This document shows positions 1 to 12,890 of a DNA stretch of 64,000 nt, piece by piece. The translations under genes were made by a program, and so were the position numbers. The first letter of the stretch is position 1, and the number at the start of each line of letters is the position of its first letter. The notes under the pieces are model-generated. The model saw nothing but the letters and a program-made list of their open reading frames with translations, was not told the DNA's origin and ran no database searches. The stretch is from Macrostomum lignano (lineage: Eukaryota): positions 310,001 through 374,000 of the forward strand of contig NIVC01000506.1 of NCBI GenBank assembly GCA_002269645.1, written 5' to 3'.

Positions 1-31
1 AACTTCAACTGAGCATTGTGTAAGACCAGAA

Positions 32-701
32 CCCGATGAAAACGGTACCCAGGCCAAGAAGCGTCCTGGAATCACTTTGTGTCGCCCCAGAGTCGTTTCA
101 GACGCGTTGCAGATGACAGGTCAAATAGGAAATAAGTGATTCTAAACGACGAGATGTACAAGTCACCATTCTAGTAACTGGGGCGACGCTATAACGATTC
201 CATGGCAGTAGAGTCATATTTGAGACGCTTCAGAGTCGCATTAGAGTCACTGAGTTGTATTTGAAGCGTATTTGAGTCGCTTGACGAATCAGAGTCACAT
301 TTCTGGCATTTCAGCGGCATTCTGCATTTGCATAAAAGTTGCAGAAGAAGCGCTTTAGCGTCACTGTAGAATTGTTAGTGTGTCACTTCTGAGGCATTCT
401 AGAAGCATTATAGAGTCGGTACTACTGGCCTTAAACAGACTGTTGGATTGTCATTTCTGGGCAAATAGAAAATTATGCATGTTCATCGACTCAGAAGTGA
501 TGCACTGATGATTCTACAGCAACGCTGAAGAGCTTCTGTGATTTTTTTGGTGATTTGTACCATGATATATCATCATTTTAGAGTTGTTCAGAATCAGAAT
601 CTTTCTTATTTGACTTGTCATCTGCCATGCATCTAAAACGACTGTGGGGTGACACAAGTGACTCCGGGACACTTCTTAGCCTGGGTACCATTTTAATCAG
701 G
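32..701. mobile_element. MITE-like foldback element with ~100-bp degenerate terminal inverted repeats
   Basis: 32-137 (cccgatgaaaacggtacccaggccaagaagcgtcctgg...tcaaatagg) is an imperfect reverse complement of ~605-701 (cttatttgacttgtcatctg...gcctgggtaccattttaatcagg). No coding capacity. No clear TSD. Confidence 0.6.
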
Positions 702-3262
702 CAATAAACACCCAGTTTTAGCCTTTTGAACTCTTATTGCACTCTAACTAGCCTACTGAGTTAGTAGAAAGTTAAGCACCAGCACAACAATTCTTGAATG
801 ACTTTTTCGCAACTCTTACAATTCTACAACTTATGTGATACAATTGTAATGCAACAGTTGCCTCTCTGTTGCATTTGACATGTTTGAGTTGTTATTATTG
901 TTCAAGTTTATCAAAGCATACTTAAAAACCATAAATGAATTCTATGGAACTTTTATAAAAGATTTTGTTTTGAAATTGATGTCTCTTTTGCATTATTATC
1001 ATTATCACCCTGTTTTACCAACAAAACAAAAAATTGACAATTTATAGTTTGAAAAATCATTGTATGTATTATGGTTAGGCCTAAAGTGAATATTTATATA
1101 CTTAATATATAATTACTGATATTTTAGTTTGAAATGAATTTTATATGATTTTTAAAATAAACAAAGAAAAAATATTATACAAAAATTAAGATAAGCATCT
1201 ATAGAAAATGTACTTTACTATACAATCATTGCTCAAACATATGCAACAACTAGCTGACCTAGCATAAATTAGGATAGACTAAGGTAGCCTAAGTTGCAAA
1301 TTGATGCTTTTGACAAATTTTAAAGCCTAATTAAGCATTTTGACTTGTTTTGGATAATTTTAAAGCTATGTTGCATTTGTCAATCAATTCAAAACTCAAT
1401 AATATATTTCAAAGGTTGTGAATGTATATCATTACTATCATAATAAATAAATAAAAGAAAAAAGAAGTTTGGTCATTTGTATTAACTATAATATAATTTA
1501 TTTGTCAATAAGCTATTTCATGTATAATAAAATAGATTTTTTTAAATCTTCATAGAAATGATCACTTTATAAAAAGAAAATTTGGTAAAGGGCCTATTAA
1601 CTTATTTATAAAGTGGAGGATAGAGTTCAAGTAACCTGTTTATAGTAATATTAAGATATTAAAATATTAAATACTAAGAAGTTAGGTTTGGCAAAAAGTG
1701 ACAAAAGTCATACTTAGGATAAGGAAGAATAAGCAAAGGGAATAATTGGGAATATTATATCAACTTAAGCTTATAAGGTAAAGTCATTTGCCAAACCTAG
1801 CTTCCTAATATCATTTGTATATATAAATTATTTGGGCTTTATTTAATGAGCTCAAGTTGACATTAATAAGCTTTTTTACTTGCCAAATAAAGTCACTTAC
1901 ATTATAAGATTGGTCAATTAAAAAGCTATAAAAGTTTGTATCTTGGCTTCTCAATACTTTTATAAGCTACCTAAATCTAATGCCTAAATCTAGGCCTAAT
2001 AGGCCTATTATGCTTATTTTAAGTTTTAACTTAAAGTTAAAAGTTAAGTCTTTATTTTTAGAGCTTTTTTTGACTAAATTTTAGCTATATAATCTATATA
2101 CACCAAACTTAAACTTGGCCATTTTTATATACCAACTATGATTAGGCCTATGATTATGAATCTATGGATTTCAATATTGGACCTGAAAATTCTATATGCT
2201 AGGCCCCTAGGATTCTTAATCTTAGTGAGAAGCATAAATTTTCATTCTCCTATGCCAAAATTTTCTAGCATAAAAAGGCTGAAACTTTTGATAGGCCTGG
2301 CCTACCATAACAGAAACTCAAAACAAAATATTATAACTCATAAGGCATAACTCTAAGTCTAACTAAAAAAAAACAAAATAGGCCTAGGGCCTAATAATAC
2401 CCACTACAAACTAGAACTATTGTAGCTCAAAAATTTCTAGCAATGTCCATTGGCATTAGGCCTAAGCCTGTATATTTTGGTTAAGTTGGCTCATCAACAT
2501 CAATCATGAATTCCCTATTAGATAGGATAGGCCTAGGCCTACTACCAATCATTGAACAATTTTTGCCAAATATAAAAATATAACTAAAGCAAAGGTCGGT
2601 AATTTTTGGAATTGAAACCATAGTAGTATGCGTAACACAGGTGCGTAGACGGAAAAGCCTATTGTAGAAAAGCCTTAAGTAGGCCTAGGCCTATTGACTC
2701 TGACTGCTTTTTGAGGGAAATTTTTACTTTGAGTCTGTAAGTTTCGCTTTAGAAGTTAGGCCCTATAGGCCGGCCCATTTTCAAGGTGCTTTTGCCAAGA
2801 CATGGGTTATGACTAGGCCTATAATTGTAAAAAGATAGTTCTATACTGCTTTAATTGCATTCTTAGAAGAGAAGTATGAAATTGACTGCATGACGCAGAG
2901 CTCGCTCTGCAGTCTTATCAAGAAATTCGAAGTTTTTTTATTCCATTTTAAAATACAGCCTCCACAAAACAAAAACTTTAGTATAGTTTTAATCAGTAGC
3001 AAATAAGTACAAACGTAAGTCATAAATATGAATAAAGCTTCCTTTATTCTATTTATATTAAATATTTATTATTCTAATATTCTTTAATATTATTTGTCCT
3101 TTAATATTCTAATTATAACTTCCTGGGTAGCCTTAACTAATTTTTAAACATGCAAATGTAATGATCACCCAGTGATTGTTCAAAGCCTGCAGTTTGTCAG
3201 GTGGAATATCTGACAAACTAGGTTGTTGCGCCGGAATAGAGCAACTTAGGAATGCGAAATTC

Positions 3263-3650
3263 AAGATCCACAAATCTTTTTTGCTGAACACCTTCTTAAA
3301 CAAGAATCAAGTCTCCAGCCAGCCAGCCCTCTGAATTCAACGATTCTTTACATATGCTGCCAGAAGATCGGGTTTCCCTAAGGCCTGATGAAAGCCAAGC
3401 CTTTAACGAAGTCAAAGCTGATGCAGACACCATGTGGTCGACGCGTTCTGATGAAATTTGGAGGCTTGACAGGGCCGCACTGAGGCGCAGTGTGCTGATT
3501 GGCGCACAAGGGGTACATTTGAATGCTTTATGGCGCTAGTAAAGAAAAAATCTGACCCAGCAGAATCACTGATATCTCAACGCTCCAGAGGGCTGGTGAC
3601 TTTTTGATTCTTGTTTGAGAAGGTGCGAAACAAAAGGTTAGTTGATCTAA
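3263..3650. mobile_element. MITE-like element with ~75-bp degenerate inverted repeats
   Basis: agatccacaaatcttttttgctgaacaccttcttaaacaagaatcaag...cagccctctg (3263-3335) pairs with cagagggctgg...tgattcttgtttgagaaggtgcgaaacaaaaggttagttgatct (3585-3650). Confidence 0.55.
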
Positions 3651-4649
3651 ATTCCAGACCCCGGGGTAGTTCGACGATGGGCGGAATAAATAACTAATTG
3701 TGTTTCACTGATATTCACTTCAATGTACAACTATACATGTATAACAGTGAAAAAAATTGTCCAGAAGGGGCTCATCGTATAAGTCAGACAGCACAACGCC
3801 CACGTGCTCATGAAAATACCATTGCAAAAATTTGCTAGTTAAACACCGACGTCTGAAGGCTCGATCTCATGTACGGCTATAGCTACTGTATCAAGTTTTA
3901 GCCGATATGTGCTGTACATGTATAGTCATGTGTAATACGGGTTTTTACTGTGTCTTAAGGCTCCTTCACACTGCCATCAACCAAATTTCGCGTGATCACA
4001 ATTTTTTACATCAAATTTGATTCCTTGTACTGGTCATGTGATTTGGTTGAATGAGCCATGGCAGTTTGAATGAGCCTAGATTTGACAGTGGCGATGATAT
4101 ACATGTAGTAAGCTTAGTGCCGCCTCAGCATAGCCAGTAATGAAAGTTGGTAAGTATAATTTTTCTCCGCTGTCTATTTTAACGCTGCAAAAGCCGCTCG
4201 AAATTCAAAATTATAGATTTGAAGCCGTATAACTTTTTATTTTATACGAAACAAAAATGTGCAGAAATAATTCATTTTTAAACAGCAGTTTTCTTTTTAA
4301 ATTTTCGGTAGTTTTTAAACGTTGGAATTATAATCATAGTGAATTCGCTTTTGTTACTGTTGATTAGACAAGAATATTACGATCCTACATACACACGTAA
4401 CTAGGCCGGAATACACGGCTTGCTCATAATAAAACAAAAGCATCCGGCTTCCAAAGCGTTTGAACATCCTTGATGCAATCAAAAACTTGAATATATGGAA
4501 CATACCGGGAAAACGTAATGCATAACCTCCAAAAAACATTTTTAAGACCTTTATATCATATTATTATAGGATTAAAAAGTTGATTCGTAGGTCTATGCAA
4601 TTCGCAAAATAAGCATTCAGTTTTAAGGAGCGTCTTTATTCAGCATCAG

Positions 4650-7600
4650 TCAGCAGTAGTTGATCAGCGCGATCAGCACAGCGCCGACCACCAGGAAGTT
4701 CGCAGTCCGCAGTCTCAAGCCTTGCTTTTTGATAGTCGGCGGACAGTCGTTGCCGCCGTTGCTCTCTGGCTGCAGACCCTCGGCCTGGCAGGTCAGCAAT
4801 TCGCTGCTGCAGGTCACAGGCCGGCCATCGCACTGTGCCTGGTGCAGCAGCAGGGGCACCGAGTTGCTCGACTCCCAATCGGGTGCTGTCAAGGAGATCT
4901 GTTCAAGTCAGGGGGTTGGTGAAATTTTATGTAAAGGCACTGAGATTGAAGCTTACCCGCAGTATTTATGCAAATGAGCACCCACGTTAAGAAGCATATA
5001 CATTCGAACGTCTTCGACCAGACTATCGTGCATGTCTTGCAGCTCGCACTTCACAATGTCTCCGCTGATGTAAGCAGACGGTGCCGAGTAATTGAGGCTG
5101 GAGTTCACATGAATGTCGCACACCGAGTCAGTGGACTTCAGCAACGGTTTCACTCTCAAGTAAACAGCCGTGCATCTGTCCGAGGCGCAGAAGATGTTCC
5201 GCTGCAGCAGCTCGACCTCTATGGGCATTTCGTCTCGTCTGGCGATCTCAAACTCGCAGCTGGGACCCCAGAACCCGTGGACACACGTGCATTCACCGCT
5301 GAGACATTGGCCTCTACCTGAGCAGTTTGCTGGGCACAGATCTTCGACCAGAGCTTCAATCTTGCTGGAGTTTCCCAACACCGCGGTTGCGTTGTATGTC
5401 ATTTCAGTGTAGCACATGCCCAGCATCGAGTTGAACAGGGGCTGTGTTGAGTCGAATGTTCCAAGCACAGTGGCGTACTGAGCACAAATCACTTTAAACT
5501 GACTAATGTAATCTGCTTGACCGGTGGGATCTTTCGCTTGAGCACAGATCTCAGTGCTAACGGACTTGCTCAACTGAAGCTGCACGAACGTGTTGCAGAA
5601 CTCATCGGCCTCCTGCTGTGAAATTTCACGAGTCTGAATCTGTCGTATGGGTTCGATTTGTGATTTCAATACCGTCTGTGCAGCTTCTCGTCTGTCTCGT
5701 CTTGTATTTTCAAGGGAAACAAAGCAATTGCTTCTGGTCATTTGGGCATCGTTGCAGGTGCAGATGCCAAGAATTTCGGTCGGCTGCATTCTGGAAAATT
5801 CGCGGATCTTCGGCATCTCGTAAAATGAGTGAAATAAACTTTTTGATGAATCTGCGATCGGCTTCCTTCGCGTTCCAAATATTAAACCATCGACTAAATT
5901 TTGTGTATCGTAAAATCCTGGCACAATCATCAAATCCAAGGCAATACGATCGCCGATTTTGACCACGTATCCCTTGCAGGCTGAATCTGTTTCGAATTTT
6001 CTCATACTTTCGCTATTCATGACAAAGCTATTACAGGCGGACCTGCCCATCGAAAAGGCCCAAACATAGAGAATAGTTCCATACAGATCAAACTGAACTT
6101 TCATTGCAGCTCCAACATTCTCTACCGTAACTCCAAATGGTAGTCCATCGGGCTTAATCGGAAGAGTTCGCTTCTGTTCACCTTTGGGTGGCAAATATTT
6201 AATCACTGGATTTTGGATAGTTCCTGAAGAGCTGCTACCATAAATTCGGATAATATAGTAGAAGTATCTTATTGCTATCTCAGTTGCATACCAGTTCTTG
6301 CCATCTACATTCATCTGTATTTCGTATGGAAGCATCTTATGATATAGGAGAGTATAATGACCATGGTGGATAGGAAAATCACCTCTACCGTACGCAACGT
6401 TCGCTGGCTTTACTCGGGGATCAGTATAGACGTGCAGATAAGTCTTCACATTAGTCTGGAGACTCGCTAAATTAACTTTCAGTTCAATGCTTTGAATTTT
6501 CTGCCGAAACGCGGTCCCATTTCGGAATCGGGTAAAGAGCCCGTTCGCATTGGAGCTGAAAGTTATGTTTACGTGAATAACGCTGATCTGCTGTCCTTGA
6601 GTCAAACCCAGCGGGACTCGTTGGTCAGGGTCATGATTGTACAGCACCATATCCTGGCATATTCTCTTCTCTTTATACCTGTTATTTATCATCTTAAATC
6701 CGCAGCTTAAACTCTCGTTTCCATCCCGTCGGATCACAGACACATCTATTCGATCTGTCAGCATAATTTGCTGCCTGCCAACCGAAATGAAGAAGGTGAC
6801 TTCCTCAAGAGCTGGAATAAGTTTAGAGTCAATGCACAGAGTCGACGGCATATCTGGCTTGATTACGTTGCTTCCGCCTTGAAACCAATGACGGAAATAA
6901 AAACCGTGGATGTTCGACACCAGAGGCATGGAGTCGTACTGTGCTCCAGCGCTGTCGCATTTCGCCCGAACTCGGCATGCGAGTGAGCCGCCATACACAT
7001 TGATTTGACTTGTCAGCACGAACTCAGACCTACATTCGAAGGTTCTGTTCTCGCCAGCGCCAATGCGGACATCCTGCCACCGACAGCGAGAAACTGTCAT
7101 TGACGTACCATTCCTGAATGTTAGCTCGTACTCTATCTGATGCAGCACTCCGTTTGCTTGGCTTGAGTTGACTTGAAAGGCAGAGTAAACATTGCAGCTA
7201 AAGGAGGCTCTGTAACGATCATTTACTAGCAGCCGATGGTAGTCCAAGCGCAGCTGAGGTGCAATCGAGTTCTCAATCAATTGTGGCAGACAGTCGGACC
7301 CAATACAGGGCTCGAATCCCGTGCCTTCGACAGATGTGAGACCCAAATCACAAGGCTGTTTGTCACCAATGCAGTAGTGGCTCAGGGAGCTGGGCAGTGG
7401 CTGTAGGTAGTACAGCGTAAGTGCTGAGTAGCACTTCAGAATGCGGACTGGATAGCTCGTGTCGTCAGGCAAGAAGCCGCCGGAAAAACCCGGTCGATAG
7501 CGATGAGCCCGGGCTCTGAACAGCATCCTGTTGGCGTTGTCTTCCTGCACTATGGTCCGATTAAGCAGGAAGTAGGGCATGTGACTGCCGCAATCTACGT

Positions 7601-7961
7601 TGCCGGTTGGAACTCTAGAAATCAGCTGACCCCCAGCAGGTGAATCTAAGCGGTACCAGCCGATGGAAATTGCACTAAAGTCGACACAAGGCTGGTCAGG
7701 TAACAATTCACACGGTTCAGCGTTACCAAGACGATGTACTGCACGCTGGTCTTGAAGTTTTTCTACGGATCTCCAGTTGGCACACGGGTCAGATTCGGCA
7801 AACGAAGTTTCGCACAAACTTCCGTAGTAGTTCGGAGTGCAGATGCACTCATAATTGACGTCATCAAAAGTGCCTCCGTTCTCGCAAAAGAGTGAGCCGC
7901 GTGTTGGGGGCCAGCAAATGAGAGCGGCCAGGAGAAGCAGACTCGAATGGCGAGGCTGCAT
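4650..7961 (-). CDS. VWDE: von Willebrand factor D and EGF domain-containing (VWDE)-like protein, ~1074 aa; join(7961..4986, 4898..4650)
   Basis: Signal peptide (MQPRHSSLLLLAALICW). N-terminal EGF (CENGGTF..C.C...YYGSLCE). UMOD/D8C-like segment (GWYRL...GG...CG). VWD-like region. EGF (CPANCSGRGQCLSGECTCVHGFWGPSCE). A phase-0 intron 4985-4899 (AAC|gtgggt...ttgaacag|ATC) joins the ORF to a last exon ISLTAPDWESSNSVPLLL...ending in the hydrophobic tail FLVVGAVLIALINYC*. Confidence 0.8.
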
Positions 7962-8734
7962 TCTGCGGGGCAGAAAAATCTGTCTTAGAGAGATGGTGCT
8001 TTGTTGGCAACGACGTAGTACTTGAAACTAGGGGTTTCGGGTTTCGGGGTCGGGTTTTGGTACCGGGTTCGGTTTTCGGGCTATGTGACCGGGTCGGGTT
8101 CGGGGTTCGGGTCGGGTTTTTCAGATTTTTTAATTCTTACGTATTTTTAGATTCCAATTCGATTTATGTAGGTCACAATTTCATACAATAGACAAAATTG
8201 ATATTTCTCAGAAAGCTATTTCCAGAGCTGGTGGATTTTGCCAAGCTGTAATAACTTCGACGCCAACCACATCATCTGAATGTGCGTTTGTCGCTGCTGG
8301 GTTTTTAAACAGACGAGAACGCTGCAGCCTCTCAAGCTTATGTTTCCTGAGAGATAAGTTCGACTTGACCATCTACAGCGCGAATGTTTCTGCAAACTTT
8401 CCTTCAAAATGTTCTGTTTAGCGCCCTGAGAATAAGAACTTTTTTGTGAACTCGTGGTGCATTTCAATATAGAAAATTGACACTAAAATTGCCCGATGAG
8501 ATGATAATGAACATGATAATGTGATAATTTACATTATCTTGCCTGTCTAAAACACATAAAAAGATATTATCTAACTGACTATCTGATACAGTAATTCCTG
8601 CTGTTCACATTACAGGGAATTCGCAGCTGCCAACTCATCAACATGCAAGTTGACTGGTGACAGTAGTGAGAGACTGGCTGTAATCAAAGTTTCGTGTTAT
8701 ACAGAAGTAGTACATTAGTACTATTACTGCTCAG

Positions 8735-8893
8735 TGTTGTGGGTTGATGGCTTTGCCATAGACATTTTTGTTACGCGACTGCGTTGATGAATTGAACCAT
8801 GCTATTGAGTTATGAAATAAATGATAGACGCGTCAGAGGTCAACAGACCGCTAGACTGACAATTGCTAAAGGCTAAAGCCAAAAAGCACACCA
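8735..8893 (+). repeat. 5' LTR (159 bp)
   Basis: Direct repeat of 12891-13048; starts tgttgtggg, ends cacca; contains aataaa. Confidence 0.95.
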
Positions 8894-8920
8894 GTGGCGT
8901 CGCAAGCATAGGCTACGAAA

Positions 8921-11900
8921 ATGCCTGGAAGTACGCCAGCATCGCCAACTAAAGGAGTTGGTAAAACGGTTTTGAGCGACAAAGCACCACCGCTTGCGAT
9001 CTCGTCGAAATCAGTCCAAGCGACAAAGTCGGCAACAGCGACAGCGCAGAACCCAAGCGCACAAGTATCGAGAGGACAGCAAGTTGACATCGAAAAACTC
9101 GATGAAAGTTCGAACTTCCAGAGGTGGTTGGACCGATTCACACTGTGCAGCGAACTCAACGGCTGGCAGGACGACACGAAAAACAAGCTGCTGCTGATGA
9201 AGCTCAGCACCAAGCTGTACGACGCATTGGCAGATCGAGCCGCTCCCAAGAAGCCGGGAGAAAAGAGCTTCGATGAACTGACCAAACTACTGGCCAGCAT
9301 CCTGGAACCAAAGACGTTTGTCATGGCTGAGAGATTCAATTTCCAGCATATCACTCGCACGGCATCAATGAGCATTCGTGAGTATGCACAGCAACTCTGC
9401 ATGCAGGCAGACAAGTGTCAGTTTGGCCTATCCAGAGATGAGAGACTGAGAGATCAGCTCGTATTCGGTTTGAATGACAAGGTGGCCATCAGCAAGTTAT
9501 TGGAACAGGACTTCAGCACTCTCACGTTTGAGACAGCTATCAACATCGCTGAGGCGCACCAGAACCTATCACAAACGCAAATACTAAAGGGTTGCACCAG
9601 TCAGCCGCAGTCTTCTGAAGTAATGAAAATTTCAGCATCGGTGGCTAGAGGCTCCCACTCTACAAGCTTCAAGTGTGGCAGATGTGGCACAATGCATGGC
9701 TCCAATGGAGGGTGTCCTGCGAAAGGAAAAACGTGCAACAAATGTGGCATGCAAAACCACTTCGCAACAGTTTGCAAAACGAAATCAACTGGTTTTGGCA
9801 AAGGCCGAAAATCGTTCAAAAGCCCGTCAGCATCTGGTCAATTTAGGCGAGCTGCAGTGTGGCCAAGGACCACAAGCTTTGTAGATGCAAGCGAAGCTGA
9901 ACAGGAGGATTGTTTTCACATTCGACATCCCGTTGATAGCTACACCGTGCCTGTTAGGCTCAGACACACGAGCGGGTCGATGCTTAGCGTGAACGCACAA
10001 ATCGATACTGGGGCAGGAGTTTCGGTAATGTCAAAAACGATCTGGAAACGATTGGGTTGTCCAAAGCTGACACCTACAGACACTGTTCTGACAACATACG
10101 CTGATACGCAGATGAAGGTCTTTGGAACACACGACACTGAGTTGGAGTACAATGACGAGTTCATTCCAATCACATTCTTCATTGTGGAATCGCAGAGGAA
10201 CTTTGTTCTGGTTGGCCGAGACAAGCTCAATTTCACGCTAAACGCTGTAGACAACAGCTGCACATCGGCAACCCAGTCATGCGAATTTCCACCAGTAACT
10301 CTTAAGATCAAGGAAGGAACCACTCCAATTCATTGCAAACCCAGGCCGCTACCCTTCGCACTCAGACAGGGAGTCAAGGATGAAATCGATCGGTTGCTTG
10401 AAGAAGACACCATCAAGCCCGTCAAGTTCAGTGAATGGGCCTCACCAATTGTCGTGGTCAAGAAACCTTCTGGAAAGCTCAGACTTTGCGTCGACTACAA
10501 GGTGACAATCAATTCTCATCTTATCAACGATTCATATCCGATGCCTGCACCTGACGAAGTGATTGCAACTGCTGCTGGCAGCCGGATATACACTCGTCTG
10601 GACCTAGAGAAAGCTTATCACCAGATCCCACTAGATGAAGCTTCCAAAGAGCTGACAGTAATGTCAACACCATTTGGGATGTTCGCTTTCAACAAGCTTC
10701 CGTTCGGAGTGAAAACAGCACCTGCGATCTTCCAGCGGTACATTAGCCAAGTCCTACAAGGAATTCCTGGCGTCATTGCCTACGTAGACGACATATTGAT
10801 ATGCGGCAAAGGCGTAGAACAATTGGCAGTTCGTGAGACGGAAGTATTGCATCGACTAAATCAGCAAGGATTGAAGATCAGCACGGCGAAAAGTGAATTC
10901 CGCAAGACTTCGATCAAGTTTCTAGGCTACTTATTGGAAGGAGATCAGCTCAAGCCGGACCCAGCCAAAGTGAAGGCAATCCAGGACATGACGCCACCGC
11001 AGAACGTTGGCGAGCTTGAATCCTTCCTGGGTCTCGTAAATTTTAGCGGCAAGTTCATCAGAAACCTAGCTGCACTGACCAAGCCTCTCAATCGACTAAG
11101 AAAGAAAAATGAGGACTTCGTGTGGACAAAGGAGTGTCAAATAGCATTTGACGAAATCAAGGTCACTCTCTCTGATCAATCGAGTCTTCAAATATTTGAT
11201 CCGGAGAAGCCCATTGAACTGGAATGCGACAGTTCTCAGCGAGCTCTGGGCGGAGTGTTGACACAAAGCGGTCAAGTCGTGCTGTACATAAGCAAGACTT
11301 TGTCTGACGCCGAAACAAAATATTCGCAAATAGAGCGTGAAGGCCTGGCACTGGTTTGGTGCATTCAAAGATGCCATCGGTTCTTGTATGGCCGGAGGTT
11401 CACACTGATAACTGATCACCGGCCCCTCACATACAAATTCGCGCCAGACAAACAGCTGCCCACCAGAGTTTCAGCTCGACTACAACGATGGGCAATCATA
11501 CTAGCTGCTTATGACTATGACATACAGTATCGACCATCAAAGCTAATGCTGTCGGATGCGCTATCTCGACTGGTGCCCGCTAAGCCGAATGCACAGACAG
11601 CATCGATCGGACTCCTCGAAGCTGACAACCCGGGAGTAATTCAGCTGGATCGCATTGCACACGCAACCAGAGAGGACCCGGAGTTCAGATGCCTGGGCGC
11701 AGTCATAATTAACAATAATCTATTTGACGACCCACACCTACTCAGCTACTCAAAGGTTCAAGATGAGCTAACTGTCAATGATGGAATTATTTACAGAATG
11801 AACAGAATTGTATTGCCTCGTGTCCTGAGAGAAACTGCCCTGGCAGCTGTACACTCAACGCACCTTGGGGTGGAAACGTCAAAGTCGATTTTGAGGGAAC

Positions 11901-12337
11901 AGTTCTGGTGGCCACAGATGGACCGTGACATCGCTGACTACATTGGACGATGCAACGTGTGCAACGCGTACAAGTCCAGAAATAAGAACTTTCGGCACTC
12001 GTGGCCAGAACCTGACAACCCCGGGGAGCGAGTGCACATTGATTTTGCCGGTCCGATAGAGGGCAAGTACCTACTCATCATTGTGGATGCGCACTCGAGC
12101 TACCCGGAAGTCTTCATCACGAGCGACATGAAGGCCGACACAGTCATTTCCAGACTTAGAAGATTGTTCTCACAACAGGGGGTGCCCAAGTGTCTCGTGT
12201 CAGACAACGGCCCTAGTTTTGTGAGCGAAGCGGTGACCGGCTGGCTCACCCAGATTGGCTGTTCGCACATCACAACGCCCGCCTACCATCCACAGAGCAA
12301 CGGCATTGCAGAGCGAATGGTGCGAACCGTCAAATAG
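8921..12337 (+). CDS. Gag-Pol polyprotein (gag CCHC, aspartic protease, RT, RNase H, integrase), cut by a premature TAG in the integrase
   Basis: CGRCGTMH..C/CNKCGMQNHFATVC knuckles; DTGA protease; YVDD RT; RNase H (CDSS...IERE...TDHRPL); HHCC and D-D-E integrase (IDFAG, SDNG, AERMV). The same frame continues past TAG 12335-12337 as TIKTNGLSQRSIDRFLLFYR...SPSELLNGRQIR to 12724. Confidence 0.95.
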   Translation: MPGSTPASPTKGVGKTVLSDKAPPLAISSKSVQATKSATATAQNPSAQVSRGQQVDIEKLDESSNFQRWLDRFTLCSELNGWQDDTKNKLLLMKLSTKLYDALADRAAPKKPGEKSFDELTKLLASILEPKTFVMAERFNFQHITRTASMSIREYAQQLCMQADKCQFGLSRDERLRDQLVFGLNDKVAISKLLEQDFSTLTFETAINIAEAHQNLSQTQILKGCTSQPQSSEVMKISASVARGSHSTSFKCGRCGTMHGSNGGCPAKGKTCNKCGMQNHFATVCKTKSTGFGKGRKSFKSPSASGQFRRAAVWPRTTSFVDASEAEQEDCFHIRHPVDSYTVPVRLRHTSGSMLSVNAQIDTGAGVSVMSKTIWKRLGCPKLTPTDTVLTTYADTQMKVFGTHDTELEYNDEFIPITFFIVESQRNFVLVGRDKLNFTLNAVDNSCTSATQSCEFPPVTLKIKEGTTPIHCKPRPLPFALRQGVKDEIDRLLEEDTIKPVKFSEWASPIVVVKKPSGKLRLCVDYKVTINSHLINDSYPMPAPDEVIATAAGSRIYTRLDLEKAYHQIPLDEASKELTVMSTPFGMFAFNKLPFGVKTAPAIFQRYISQVLQGIPGVIAYVDDILICGKGVEQLAVRETEVLHRLNQQGLKISTAKSEFRKTSIKFLGYLLEGDQLKPDPAKVKAIQDMTPPQNVGELESFLGLVNFSGKFIRNLAALTKPLNRLRKKNEDFVWTKECQIAFDEIKVTLSDQSSLQIFDPEKPIELECDSSQRALGGVLTQSGQVVLYISKTLSDAETKYSQIEREGLALVWCIQRCHRFLYGRRFTLITDHRPLTYKFAPDKQLPTRVSARLQRWAIILAAYDYDIQYRPSKLMLSDALSRLVPAKPNAQTASIGLLEADNPGVIQLDRIAHATREDPEFRCLGAVIINNNLFDDPHLLSYSKVQDELTVNDGIIYRMNRIVLPRVLRETALAAVHSTHLGVETSKSILREQFWWPQMDRDIADYIGRCNVCNAYKSRNKNFRHSWPEPDNPGERVHIDFAGPIEGKYLLIIVDAHSSYPEVFITSDMKADTVISRLRRLFSQQGVPKCLVSDNGPSFVSEAVTGWLTQIGCSHITTPAYHPQSNGIAERMVRTVK

Positions 12338-12890
12338 ACAATCAAGACCAATGGTTTATCCCAAAGAAGTATTGACAGATTTCTACTGTTCTACAGAGCT
12401 GCCAAAGGGAAGCAGCAAGCATCACCGTCCGAGTTGTTGAACGGCAGACAAATAAGACTCCCCATCTCGGAGAGCAGCACTCAGTCCAAGTGGATCCCAG
12501 GAGAATCACTCATCTACCGTGCATCGAGTTCTCATGAGCCACGAACTGTGAGATTCGCCAAAATGCTTGGCAGCAACACAGCAGTCGTCACCACAGAGAC
12601 TGGACGAAATCTAAAGACCCACCTCGATCAACTACGAATCGGTGAGGTACCTGAGGCTCACGGAACTACGGAAATGGGGGATTCCAAGCCCGGTGGCAAC
12701 GGTCCAAGTGACGACAGACACTGAGATACTACCGGGAACAGAACAAGCTGAGAGAGCACAACAGCAACAGACTGAGGCCGGAGTTCAATCCAAGCCGTCA
12801 CCCAGGCGAAGCGAACGCTTGGCCAAGAAAACTATAATTTTTTATCGCACCTGAGTGATAATTGTACACCTACCTATAGAAGAGGGAGGG

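Noticed and set aside
3380-3420. CTGATGA hammerhead core
   Set aside because: No GAAA follows the putative stem II.
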